Source: Adineta vaga
Lineage: Eukaryota; Animalia; Rotifera
DNA: 64,000 bases
Direction of reading: 5' to 3'
Assembly: GCA_021613535.1 (NCBI GenBank)
Contig: CP075493.1
Location: forward strand, 16,616,001 to 16,680,000
The notes under the pieces: generated by a model
What the model saw: only the letters and a program-made list of their open reading frames with translations
Databases searched by the model: none
What the model was told of the DNA's origin: nothing
Position numbers and translations under genes: made by a program
In this document: positions 26,003-38,685 of the stretch, in pieces
How positions within the stretch are numbered: the first letter of the stretch is position 1
How the letters are laid out: each line of letters starts with the position of its first letter

Positions 26003-27585
26003 CACATCCGAGGCGATGTGAGCCACCGGTGGCTCACACTGTATTTTAACGAGAAAATGACTTACAAAATAGATTTTTTTGTGATTTTCATAGCAGAAAG
26101 TGATAGTTAGTTCTACATCTATTCCGTCTATAGCACTAGTTGATCTATTTTATTATGAAGAAAAATGCTTTTCATTAAAACAATCAGAAGAAAAAGTTTT
26201 TACTCTCTTTGCTGCTGTTGCACTCGCTTCTCTTGATTGTTGTTGTCTAGTCTTTTTATAGCAACCGACACATCTTCTTCGGACATTGCGTGCAGGCCCT
26301 TTCATTTCTTCGAGCAGGTGATCAAGTGTGTTTTCGTTTTCTCTGGCTTGTTGACTGTTGTCTTGGGCCAGGTTTCAAATTTTCATATGGTTCACCGAGA
26401 AGTAAAGATCGTACAAGACTTTCACGAAATTGCAGCATGGTCATATTGTTTGTGTCATAAAGTTCTTTATAAATCACATATGCATTAACTATTGAAGTTC
26501 CAAATATCAGTTCGAATGCTACCTTTTGATACCATTTTATAGACAGTCTGAGGCATGTATAATATGCTGAGAGTTGGTCAGATACATCTATACCTTTTTT
26601 TTCCTTCATTATAATCCAGTACAAACTGTGGCTTCATAATACGTTCATTTAACTTATTTGTTTTCGCTGTATCTACCACGGCTGTTGAATGTGATGGTTT
26701 TGTAGATATCATCAAGACATCTCTTTTATCTTTCCACTTGATCAGTTTGATACATTCTTTGCTCTGAAGAAAGATCATTTACCAATTGCATTACAATTGT
26801 TTCAGTATGACTTTGACCTGCTATTGAACTCTGCTTACCAGTATAAACCATAAAATTCCAAGTATATCCTGTTATAGTTGCCACCTTGTATATTTTCACT
26901 CCGTATTTATGAGATTTACCAGGAATATATTGTTTGAAGAAAAGTCTGCCTCTCCATGGCACCATTGCTTCATCAATAGTAATAGTTGAACCGGGAACGT
27001 AAACTGACATAAATCTGAGTTGCAGTAGGGTCAAAAGTGGTTTCAGCTTGAACAATCTGTCTTGATCTTCATGTTTCTCCTCATTGTTTGAAAAATGACA
27101 AAATTTGAGAAGTAGTTCAAATTTATCTCTTGACATGGCGTTTTGAATAACTTTGGAACCATACAACTTGCTTTTGCTTCAATAATAATTACCAAGAATT
27201 TTAATATTTCTTCGCAAGTAGTTGGTTTCTACTGAAGAGTTTTTGCTCGTTTGGTAAGTTCGTGAGCTTGTAAGTGTTGTTGTGCATATCGATTAGTTTC
27301 ACAAACCATCAGGTTAATGATTTCGTTAGTGATGAAATGACGATAACAATCAATAGGATTGGTTGCATTATATTTCGAAGTTACAGTTACTTCTTTGACA
27401 ATTCCATAATCTTCTTTAAACTCAGCATCCGATTCTGTGATACATGTAGCAAAGAATCGATCACAAACAACAATTGATGACAGCATAGCCGTTATTTCGA
27501 GCACATGGTCTACACTAAAATGAATATTTTGCTTGTACATGTAATGAAAATAAAATTTCAAACTGAACCACTCTTCATCTAACAT
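26003..27585 (-). mobile_element. Decayed piggyBac (PGBD4-like) element with frameshifted transposase; one terminus retained
   Basis: ETNRYA, MSRDKF, TIDEAMVPWRGR..KQYIPGKSHKYGVK, KWKDKRDV, GIDVSDQ, KWYQK. TTAA at 25999-26002 followed by a terminus containing the palindrome gtgagccaccggtggctcac. Confidence 0.88.
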
Positions 27586-27737
27586 ATTTAAGTTAGTGAG
27601 ATTGACGACAAATACTCGTTATGAATTTTCAGTCAAACTAAAAAAACCTATCTGGAAGTTTCATATATAAAAAATCAGAGAGTCTTTTGTTTGTAATGAT
27701 GATGAATTATTTTCATCGATCATTAGTACTATTCATG

Positions 27738-28076
27738 AGCTGTCTAATTTGAATTCGAATATAAATGAAGAGTCAGGTGCTCCATAGAACTTCGAAAATA
27801 AATGAAGACAACGAGAACTAAAACTTCCCTGTGTAATAGACATGCATTTAGTTCTGATTGTATGCATTTCTAGTGTTCACATGAAAGCCCTTACGAAAAA
27901 GTAGGAATAGATTTTTTCGGTTTTTTTCAGTTATAATCCAGATATGCAGACATATCTATATATTAATGTGATTTATAAGTATGAATAACTAAATCTACGT
28001 CTTTATTCAGAATAAGTTTTACGCTCAGATGTATTTTCAAAATGTCCATTTATATTCGAAGTCGAATTAGACAGCT
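27738..28076. mobile_element. MITE with 30-bp TIRs
   Basis: agctgtctaatttgaattcgaatataaatg versus catttatattcgaagtcgaattagacagct. Confidence 0.75.
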
Positions 28077-28080
28077 ATTC

Positions 28081-28137
28081 CTTGAAAGAGGGTGTGGGTG
28101 TACCTCTCTCTCTCTCCAGCTTCCTAACTCACACATT
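28081..28137. repeat. Degenerate telomere-repeat hairpin
   Basis: cttgaaagagggtgtgggtgt ... ctcacac. Confidence 0.4.
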
Positions 28138-28376
28138 TTACCATCATCCGGTTTTATGATGAATCATGCTAACAACATTTATCTCATAAAATAAATGTTA
28201 CTGTTGCTATGTAATGCTGTTTTATAACCATGTATCATTGATAAATGCGTCAACTATCAACAGAGAAGCAAATATTCTTTATAAAGTATTTACGATTGAG
28301 TCATTATCTTATCAGTTTAGCGCGTGTGTATGCATATATATACTAGATTCTTACTTTTACTTTTGCAAACATTAAC

Positions 28377-30233
28377 ATGAAGTTGATAATAATTTTCTTC
28401 TTTATTTTTTGCTGTTATTTATCAACATCACATTCACAAAACTTATATCATTGTGATTTTGAAGACAAATGTGAAGATTTTCTATTTGATTCTTATTGGA
28501 TTGTCGAAAATATTTCATCACATATTGATCATACATATGGAAATCTTTCTGGTCATTATATCACATATACCAATACATCGACATCAACTCCATTAACTAC
28601 ATTTCGTACACGAAATTGGGTATATACATCGGCAAATTTTACCACCTGTCTCACTTTATGGATTTATTCTGGTCCAGGTAGAGTTAATTATGAAATTCAA
28701 ATGGCTCAGGGTGATGATTTACAAACTCGACTTCCTGTCGGAAACATTGGAATGAATTTGGATGATCCACAATGGCGTAGTATGACCATAGAAATGCCAT
28801 ATGTTAGTCATTATATTCCTTATATTGTCTTGACAAATATTACAAGCAAATTAGATCTTGATGATATTTCCGTTTCATCATGTCCGACCACAAGACCTAT
28901 TCAGCCAAAAATAACGGTATTATCTTGTGATTTCGATGAAAATTTATGTCCTGAGCTGTTCTCATTACCTTATTATACCTATAGTTGGTCGGTTGTTGAA
29001 GCCCAACTTGCACATAATTATACATCAGATGCACCGATCGTCGATTACTCTATGAATGATACACAAGGTATTTTCAAAGTTGCGATTGATTAAATCATGT
29101 TCTCTTCTTTGTTCTAGGTCATTATATTTGGGTTAACAATTCCCGTTCGTCACAAAAAGGTGTTAGTGGTTATCTCAGTACCAAAGTCTTTAATTTTACA
29201 CGAGATGATCCGACGTTTTGTCTCAGTTTTTACTATTATGGATATGGTATTCCTGTAGAAAATCGTCAACTATCAGTATTCGCTTTGACCAATGGAAGTA
29301 AAACATCCTTGGAAAAAATTTGGCCAATAAATCCAATTGATTATAAATATGCAGTCAATCAATGGTGAGTGATCAAATCGAAAGTAAAATATATTTAATA
29401 CCTTTCTTTCGATTAGGACATGGGCATATGTCTCATTACCAATTGGTACTTATTCTCTTCTATTTCGTACAGAAACAAATCATCCTCAAAGTGGTTCATT
29501 CACTCTCGATTTGATCGAGATCAGTTCCTGTGAGTATCTTCAAAGATATTTCTATGGTATTTCCAATCTGAATTTTACTTGCGATTTTGATTCTTCCGCG
29601 GATTATATGTGTGGTATAAGTAATGATATGGCTGGTCTTCAACCACAATCTACAATTGATTTTACAGTACAATCACCGAGAACTATCGACGATCGAGAAC
29701 TTGGTCCAACAGAATCATCTGGTTATAGTGGTCCAAACTTTTTGTATTGGTCACGTTCAGGAAGTAGTCCAACATCTGTAACGAGTGGACAATTCAAAAC
29801 ACCTTTACTGGAAACTAGTCCAGATATGTGTGTTCGATTTTCTTATTTCATTAGTTCACCTGATGACCTATTCGATGAACCAAATATGAAACTCGAAGTA
29901 CTAACTTTAGGTTGTGCAAATGAAACTATTCGAACTGTTAAAGTAGATAACACTTATCGATGGGAAATGCTCACTACAACTTTAGATAATATTATCTGTA
30001 CTCAATCGATTTATTTTCGAATCACTCAACAACAACCAACAAGAGCAGCTGTAGCGATTGATGATATAACGATTGGATCATGTTTTGGACTACCTCCGTT
30101 GACGACTACTACTAGTACTCGTCGACCGTCGACTACTACACTTTTTAACAAAACTTCATCGAATTATGTCAATTCTATTTTTCTGATGATAATTTTAATT
30201 TTTCTCTTGAAAATACATTCAAGTAATTGTTGA
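28377..30233 (+). CDS. Secreted/GPI-type protein with three MAM domains; exons 28377..29067, 29118..29364, 29417..30233
   Basis: Signal peptide; CDFE, DHTYG...GHY, CLSFYY, LDDISV / AIDDITI motifs; Thr stalk; hydrophobic C-terminus. Canonical GT-AG sites. Confidence 0.88.
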
Positions 30234-30399
30234 GAGTGAGAAGGTGGACTTATTTTTTTCATAAATTGTGGAATCGTGATTTGATGCGTTATAGCGTTTT
30301 CCGGGAAATCCAAATTTGGTATACAGATAGATAATAATTTCCTAGCAGACATATTAAGGAAATTAGGGATGTGAAAGTACTTGGATGCCTTAGATATTT

Positions 30400-30468
30400 A
30401 GGGCACATAAGGCATATAGGGCATATAGGGCATATAAGGCATATAAGGCATATAGGGCATATAAGGCA
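30400..30468. repeat. 9-bp tandem repeat (GGCATATAR)n
   Basis: Seen directly, about 7 copies. Confidence 0.9.
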
Positions 30469-31000
30469 CCGACACCCACCCCGCACCCTCACTGAGATAT
30501 ATCCCTACCGACACCCACCCCGCACCCTCACTGAGATATATCCCTACCGACACCCACCCCGCACCCTCACTGAGATATATCCCTACCGACACCCACCCCG
30601 CACCCTCACTGAGATATATCCCTACCGACACCCACCCCGCACCCTCACTGAGATATATCCCTACCGACACCCACCCCGCACCCTCACTGAGATATATCCC
30701 TACCGACACCCACCCCGCACCCTCACTGAGATATATCCCTACCGACACCCACCCCGCACCCTCACTGAGATATATCCCTACCGACACCCACCCCGCACCC
30801 TCACTGAGATATATCCCTACCGACACCCACCCCGCACCCTCACTGAGATATATCCCTACCGACACCCACCCCGCACCCTCACTGAGATATATCCCTAGAC
30901 ACCCACCCCGCACCCTCACTGAGATATATCCCTACCGACACCCACCCCGCACCCTCACTGAGATATATCCCTACCGACACCCACCCCGCACCCTCAAGAT
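30469..31000. repeat. 39-bp tandem array (about 13.6 near-identical copies) ending in the hairpin-element terminus CCCTCAAGAT
   Basis: Unit ccgacacccaccccgcaccctcactgagatatatcccta; one unit near 30897 lacks 2 bp. Confidence 0.95.
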
Positions 31001-31079
31001 TACATAGAGATTCTAGTGATTTCAGATCAATTCTATACCAAATGCCACGAATTCTGTTGAAGTTTTGATTATTTTGAGT

Positions 31080-31198
31080 CAATTCCAGTCAGTTCTAGAC
31101 CAATTCCAATTCCAATTCTTTTCGGTTTCGACCAATTCCAATTCTAGAATTGGAATTGGAATTGGAATTGGAATTGGAATTGGAATTGATGCATGCCT
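31080..31198. repeat. (CAATTC)n / (GAATTG)n inverted hexamer repeat, probable MITE end
   Basis: caattccaattcc ... gaattggaattgg ... atgcatgcct. Confidence 0.6.
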
Positions 31199-31199
31199 A

Positions 31200-31572
31200 A
31201 ATACAATTATATTATATTTTCATCTTCTTATTCAATTTCTTGCTAAATTTATTTTCAGCTTTATTTATTATATTTGGATCTGCTCGACAAGGATCATTAA
31301 TACAAAAAAATCAAAATTATAAAGGACATGTTTGTCAACAATTTAAAGAACATAAACAATTAATTATTAGTCCTATCATATTATTAATTTTATCAATGCC
31401 TCGTTTAATTATTTCATCATTATCTGGATGTATAAGAACATCACAAAATTTATGGTTATATCTAACGTCTTATTTATTCCTTTCATTTACACCATCAATG
31501 CTTATTTTTATAATCTTTGCCGTACCTTCAAATACATATATGAAATCATTTCAAAACTCTTTTATACCTTGA
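31200..31572 (+). pseudogene. 3' fragment of a GPCR-like gene (TM5-TM7)
   Basis: QFKEHKQLIISPIILLILSMPRLIIS..C....WLYL.SY..SFTPSMLIFIIF.VPS..Y; no upstream exons visible. Confidence 0.7.
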
Positions 31573-31753
31573 CGATGTTGAACTCATTAATAATTGATTG
31601 TTTTTTTTAATATTTATTTTAATTCAGCAACCTACCTTACGCAATATTGTATTTTTCTTTCAAAAGTACTTATGATAAATAACGCTCGTCGAGACTGAAT
31701 TCTCTCTAATTAACCAACATTATGTCTGCTTTGAGTGAGCTTTAAAAGCTTTC

Positions 31754-31811
31754 GTGGTCGTGGGTGTGGATGTGGGAAAAGAAGAAAGATATCCACACCC
31801 ATATTCTCAAA
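31754..31811. mobile_element. Degenerate telomere-repeat hairpin (core related to the 2540 and 20431 copies)
   Basis: gtgggtgtggatgtggg-aaaagaagaaagat-atccacacccatattctcaa. Confidence 0.65.
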
Positions 31812-32557
31812 TTCGTACGCACTAGTCAACAATAGCAGATTATTCTCAAATGAAAATGAATATTATTAATGATTTATATGGTCAAGATCCTCAACCTTTA
31901 CTTACAACAACAATACCATCATAAAGACCTTAATTGAAATATTCTTTCATCATTATCGATACAACAGAATTTAAGTTCAAGGTTTTTTCATATCTATATC
32001 AATTATATTGAATAGTAGGGAACGTGGATATAAGAGTTGATGAGGAACAGACATCTACACCATAGATTTACTTTGTCAAAGTTTCAAACGATAACTTTCG
32101 TTTCAAAAATATTTGATAATTAATTAAAAGAATAAAACAATATTTTTTATAATTTGATGATGATGATAATAATTTAATATATATTCTTGAATTTTTTTAT
32201 GATTGTCATATCATGTGTGTGTTGTAGAAAGGGATAAGGTTTTTCAAATAAATTGTTGATATAAAAAACTTATTTATCAAATAATCTACGTCCTGTTGTT
32301 GAATACGACGGAATAAAATATGTGACAGAACGTTTTTTACAAATATTAGAGTGAAAAATAATTATAAAACGAACTGTATAGTATCAAATCTCAAATGAAA
32401 TTCAGCTTTATGTGTGATCCATTAGTTAGTAATGGATCTCACTGAAATTTAATGTCTTAACTCAATTAGTCGACTAGAAGAATTATCTCAATTTCAATTT
32501 AGCGTTATAGTGTGAGTTATCACTAATACTAACAATGAAAGCTGGCACAATGTTCTT

Positions 32558-32970
32558 TTATTCCCTCGACTGAAAGGAGGGTCATGTCGAAAAAAAGTGG
32601 TCAAAAAACGAAAATGCGTTTGTGTGTCTGTCGCAGGTCAAAGGTCAAAGGGCAAAGGTCAAAAAAACATTTTTTTCAAAATTCCTTGAAACGTTCAAAA
32701 GTGATAATAGGATGGGTCTAGGTCGAGTGTGAGTGAGGGGGGGGAGGATAGTAGGGGGTGGGGTCAAGGGTCAAAGGTCAAAAAAACATTTTTTTCAAAA
32801 ATCCTTAAAACGTTCAAAAGTGATAATAGGATGGGTCTAGGTCGAGTGTGAGTGAGGGGGGGAGGGTAGTAGGGGAGTGGGGGTCAAGGGTCAAAGGTCA
32901 AAAAAACATTTTTTTCAAAGTTCCCTTAATAGTCGAGAGAAGTCGATCTGCGACGGATTCTGTGGTTAAA
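32558..32970 (+). mobile_element. Helentron/DINE-like non-autonomous element with an internal duplication of about 120 bp
   Basis: 5' attccctcgactgaaaggaggg stem, GTCTGTC tract, (AGGTCAA)n, inverted agtcgag near the 3' end. A second 5' end occurs at 33410-33515. Confidence 0.6.
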
Positions 32971-33573
32971 CAAACAAGTTTTCAATATTCTAGGGTTGTT
33001 CATTGACACAGCGGCTTTTAATAATGAACTGGAACCGAGGTTAGTGTTTCATGTCGTAACTTTGCTGTTATTCGCTGCCCTGGCCTTGGATTGTGGGTAG
33101 CTCATGTTTCTTCGTTCCACATTTCTGGTGAATTGTAGGTCTTTCGATGCTTACCTGTGGACTAATATAAGATTATATCAGGTTGGATACTGACGCAGTC
33201 AAAAATCCTCTAATAGTTTGGATAAACGACACTGTTCAATCAGAGTATCTAGTGCGATCCATGAGTAAAATGGGGAAACTATGCAAGTGAATGAGAAAGA
33301 TCGTAGGCAAAAGACCACCGTATAATGGTTAAATATGTGTGCACACGGGAGCGGCTAGTCGCGAGTGGCCGATCGGAGAGAGGCCGACGAACGACTAGGC
33401 GTTTGTTTAATTCCCTCGACTGAAAGGAGGGTTTTACCGAAAAGAATGGGGTCAAAAACTCAAATTTGTTTGTTTGTCTGTCGCAGGTCAGAGCTCAAAG
33501 TTCAAAGGTCATCCATCAAAAAATTTTTATATTGCAAGCGTATCCTATACTTTAATAAGAGGGTACCCATAGG

Positions 33574-36492
33574 CAGGCCCGTAGCCAGGATTATTCTAAA
33601 GGGGGTGCCCTTAATTAAAAATGTGCATTGTCACTTTTTTCTTGTTATGTATTAAATATATACAGAAAACGTTTGTGAACATTGTTGAATAGATCCTTAT
33701 TTAAACGCTTTATTCAAATATTGGAGTGAAAGATACATGTATCGTGTTTCAATATATCTTTTTATTTCGTAATGTAATGACAAAAACAACTGGTTAGTTA
33801 AATAAACTACAAAAACATAGTATTGCTTAGATGTTTGTTAATTTCATTCGACGTTTATCTTTGCAAAAAACTTTGATAACTTCTTCGACATCCAATTTTG
33901 ATGCGATATCATGATGAATGTGAATCAAAGCTAGATTGCTTAATCTTTCATCACCAATACTGTTTCTCAAACTAGTTTTAATACGTTTCATTGCTGAAAA
34001 TGATCTTTCAGCAGTAGATACTGTAACTGGTAATACAGCAAACAATTCGAATAAACAAAACAAATTAGGATAGAATGATCGAATGGATAATAATACATTT
34101 AATGAATCAACTACATTAGATGGCCTCTCGGCAATGGAAATTTTCTTCCACTTGTACTGCCACATTTCAAATTCAGCCATTAACACGTTCATATCATTCG
34201 ATGGTATATCATCTTTGTAAAAATCAAATGCTTGTTTTACATCATTAAATTCCTTGTCGACAACATACGAAGGTAATAAATTGGATATATTAACTAAAAT
34301 TGTTTGATGTTTGCTGAATCGATTTCCAAGTTCGGTTAATGTCGTTTCAATAAATTTTTCATAGATATTTTTTAAATAGGCACTAATATTTGTATATTTA
34401 TTCGTTCTTGGAAGAGTAAGCATGATATCATTATCACCTGCAAATTGTTCCAGTTCCGTTTCAAGTTCATTAAATTTTGTCGGATCATATTTTAATTCTG
34501 CAAGGTATAATGCTGCTTCTTCAATGTTGTTATAGCATTGCGCTAAGTCATAGTTTTTGCTTTGAAGCATTTCTGTATATGGCTTTAAAATGGCAAAAAC
34601 ACGTGATACGACGAAGAGGTAGATGATAAAGTCTGCATCTTTAATACACTTGAAATATGCACGAGCATTTGCACTTGTTTCGGCATCAGCACTCTCTATC
34701 AAGTATTCCAATGCAATCATGACACTAGTAAAAAGTTGTTTGAAGACCAAAACAGAAGTAGCTTTTTCCACCCAGCGATGTTCGACCAATTTGGCGAGCT
34801 TCTGTCGTTTACTGTTGCAAACAGTAGCTTCCACAGCCTTTTTTAATAAGTTTTGCCTTTTCGGCGAACCACTGATGAATTTAATTATTGCTTTGAGTGT
34901 TCCAAAAAATAATTTTATAATTTTGTCATCACATGCATCACAAATAGCAAGATCGAGTGAGTGACTAGCACAATGTACATAAAGTGCGCTAGGTGCTGTA
35001 TCACAAATTAATTTCTGAACTCCACCGAGATGACCAGACATAACTGAACATCCATCATATCCTTGACCTAAGTTAGTTGAAAATATGTCAGAATTATTAA
35101 TGGAATCATTTGGAAGCTTACCTCGCAGATATGTTAAATCAAGACCAATTGAACGTAAGTACTCGATAATCTTGTCAGAAATTCCTTTAGCTGAACTATC
35201 AGCGATTGGTGTAAAACCAATAAACTCTTCTTTAATCTGAATTTGATTATTATCATAACATATGTAACGAATCGATAAAGATAATTGCTCTGTACCACCA
35301 ATATCTGCTGTTGCATCAACTATAATCGAGTAAAACTTCTTTTCATCAATAACACTTCGAATAATTTTTTCTCTTATCATCCCACCACAAATTTTTATTA
35401 ACTCATTTTGAATCTCGGCGCTCATATACATGGCATTTTTGGAGCAATTCTTGACATGTTGTTCCAACGTTATATCACCACTGTCAATTCGGAAAAGTAT
35501 TAATTCTTTGAAATTACCTGAAAGAAAACAAGGTATTATAGGAATATTTCCTATTAAAAGTAATTACCTAGGCTTTGTCTGTGTTCAAACGGAATACCAT
35601 CATCATCATCGCCTCTAAAAGGTAAATTCTGTTTACCAAGAAATAAAACACATTTTATAATGCTTGCTAAAATCTTTCTGTTCGTAGCCACTTGTTCTTG
35701 ATCTTTTTTATCTAGTGTATGATCGATAGCTTTTTCTGGTGTTGAGTAATTGATAATAAAATTTTCGGCTTGTTCTTTGGAAAATGTATGATAAGTAGAT
35801 TTTTCATGAGCTTGCAATTCTTCATGTGCACTGTGTAATGATAGAAGAGGTTTGGAAACAAGTTGACCAAGAAGAGTTTTTGTTCGATCAGATGAAGACC
35901 ACTTCCGTTTGAACAGAACACAGTAACGACAGAAAACACCACAAGAAACATGGGAATAACTTAACCATGAATATCTGGATAGCCATGATATTTGACAGAC
36001 TGATCGCATCTTTTTATGTACGAGAACTTTAGGAAATTTGTAATTATCCAATGGTGCCCATGAATTCATTAATGCATCATGAATTTCAGCAGGTGATGTA
36101 TCATCTTTACCGACAAATAAACCGATATCATTTTTACTAAATGAGTGAGCTTGTGTATTCGTTAAAGTTTCATGGTCGTTTGACTTGAATCTTTTCGAAT
36201 TAAACGAGTTATCGAGTGCAACACATGTTGCTATATTTGATTCACCAAGAACTACAGGTACCGTTTGTAATGGTTGAGATAAATCGTTTTGTGAAGGACC
36301 AAGAGATGTCGAATTATCTGTTGTTCTCTTATTTGAATTAAAAAAGTTCGAAATATTTAATTGTTTGCTCATCTACAAAAGAAAACCGTCGTTATTTGTA
36401 AATTGTCAAAGTGAATTACTTAAATAATATTTTTTTTAAAATCCAAAGGGGGTGCCCGGGCACCCTATTCACCCCCCCTGGCTACGGGCCTG
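33574..36492 (-). mobile_element. hAT DNA transposon with 16-bp perfect TIRs
   Basis: caggcccgtagccagg / cctggctacgggcctg enclosing a transposase. No matching 8-bp TSD. Confidence 0.92.
33827..36372 (-). CDS. hAT transposase (PRKRIR/ZMYM1-like, TTF zinc finger + dimerisation domain); introns 35518..35567 and 35068..35121
   Basis: WLSYS...GVFCRYC, H..S..H, FRG, GNF, IQNELI, SIIVD, EQLS, GQGYDG, HCASHSLDL, HRW, AERSFSAMKRIKT.LR. Appears intact after splicing. Confidence 0.92.
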
Positions 36493-38375
36493 GCTTCTCT
36501 TCGAAGGTGATCTCTCTTAGGTGGTAATGTGCAATTCTTTAATTCTTCATCAGTAAAAAGTATTTTCAAGATTTTACGAGCAAAATCCACAGGATCTTTA
36601 GCTATGGTTTGTGCAAGATCGATTCCATTAACAATCTAAGAAAAAACTAGCTAAACATAGTTCTTGCTTTGCTTGAAAAATTTATTAAACCATACGCATG
36701 TCGTTGTATGGGTGTTATTACTTTGACCACGATATTGACTAAGTAACTTTTCATTCTGTGAAAAAAATATCAGCTACATGTTATTTTTGTTTATTCTGTT
36801 TTATCATACCTTTAATGTATCTAATCCTACATGTGTATCAACCTTCTTTTCTACTTTATGTAAAGCTTTCATGATGTTATTTTGGAAATCGCCGAAATTA
36901 TTCTCAAACTGTTTGAGAAAATCTACAACATAAACAAGCATGATTTTGATCTTACAGGTATAGTTTAACTTTTACTTACCTTGAATATTTTTGTCATCTG
37001 TTTTTACGACACTTACTACAATATCTTCTTGGTGGCTGCTTAGATTATTATCTATGAAAGATATAAAGTACATCTAGTGTGGTGAAGATGACTAAACATA
37101 CTATCAACACTAATTCGTCGTGGTCGTTTACGTGATTGAATTATGGGTTGATTTGATTTTCGTTTCTCCCCGTTAGTTGTTAACTTATCACTAACATGAC
37201 GAGAACCACCAGGAAGAGTGGGACAGATGATCGATGTATTTTCTTCGTCTTTATCACTTTCAACATATGCAGCTGAAATAAAATCTACTGCACTGCAAAC
37301 AAGTCGTTTAGCTGTATTTCTAAGGGAGCTTCACTATCAAATATATGTATAATCATATTATTTTATTCAATAGACCCCGACAAAATACATTTTCTCAACA
37401 GATCAATAATTTTAGTCTTCCAAATGATAGTGCATGTATGAATCGAATAGTCTCACCAATTTCGGCTACATATAACGAATTCAAACAACTTCGCATGAAT
37501 CATCTTACATATTATATTTCATAAATGACAACGAGACGAATCACATTTTAGATGCCACTATTCTAGAAGGTAAATATTTTGCATGCAAGTGTCATACAAC
37601 AAAGAAGAAAGATTAATAAGCAGTTCATAATAGCTGACACTTTGCGGAACTTTATTCTTCTTACCACTTCGAAAATAAAAATTTTCTCTGATAGAATCCT
37701 ACACCGAATTCAGTTCTCGTTTTTGCTGCCATTTATCTAATTTACTATAAAATCATTAGCGTGACACCTGTTCATTCTTATCTTTCTTCTGCATAAGAAC
37801 GCTATAATCTATAAGTAATTATTCAACATACTTACTATCTTGTTCAGATGGTGAAGAACTATTATCTATTGACTTATTTCGTAGAAAATTCGGCAAAGGA
37901 CATGTAGTAGTTCTTCGATTATCATGAGTTGATGACAGCAGATCAAAGCCATTATTATCAACATGAATTATCTCATTGTCTTAAATAAACATACATGCAT
38001 TTATAAGAGACATAGAATAGTACTTACTTTGATCAATGTCGAAACTTCCTTGAGACTCTCGGGTTCTATTTCTAAGTGTAATTTCACATTCCTGAAGTGT
38101 ACCTGAAAAAGTAGAAAATTGATTTTATAGAAATAGATAAATCCGAACAATTCAATATAGTTACCAGATGTAATAATAGTGGCCACAGTTTTTTTTCCCT
38201 GAATCATCACAGATGCTGTATTACTTGAAGTTTTTTTAATACTGCTATTCATTGCAATATTAAAGGAATCTGTAGCGTCAAAATATAGCAAATGGTGAGT
38301 CGGATGGATAAAATCATCACTCAGTGAAAACTTCCGAGGCGGGTGTCGAATTCGTTGTTCTCGTTCAACAGCCAT
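36493..38375 (-). pseudogene. Multi-exon BEN-domain-like accessory gene of the CACTA/EnSpm-like element, truncated by the hAT
   Basis: Minus-strand exon reads DPVDFARKILKILFTDEELKNCTLPPKRDHLRR up to the hAT TIR; many short introns. Confidence 0.55.
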
Positions 38376-38685
38376 AAATCAAACAATTCTGTAATCTGTA
38401 AAAAGAAAAACATGTCTTATGTAAAGCTTGAACTATTGTTACTCTAAACAAACAGTAACTGATTTCGTCTGTGTTCTTGAAAAATATTGTACATTTTCAA
38501 TAGGAATAACGAAATAAAAACAGAAAGGCTTCCGTTATTATATCAGAGATAAATGTCAGTGATGTCATATGTACCTTTATAAATTAATAGTATTTGATCG
38601 ACGTAATGAATTAAAACAATATCTACAATGTATTAAAATCATAACATGAGAAACTTTTCTTGAAGTCATATCAAACATAGATTGT

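Noticed and set aside
30469-31000. CRISPR array, or the 175/173-aa ORFs over it
   Set aside because: Units are identical with no unique spacers and there are no cas genes; the ORFs are by-products of a 39-bp period.
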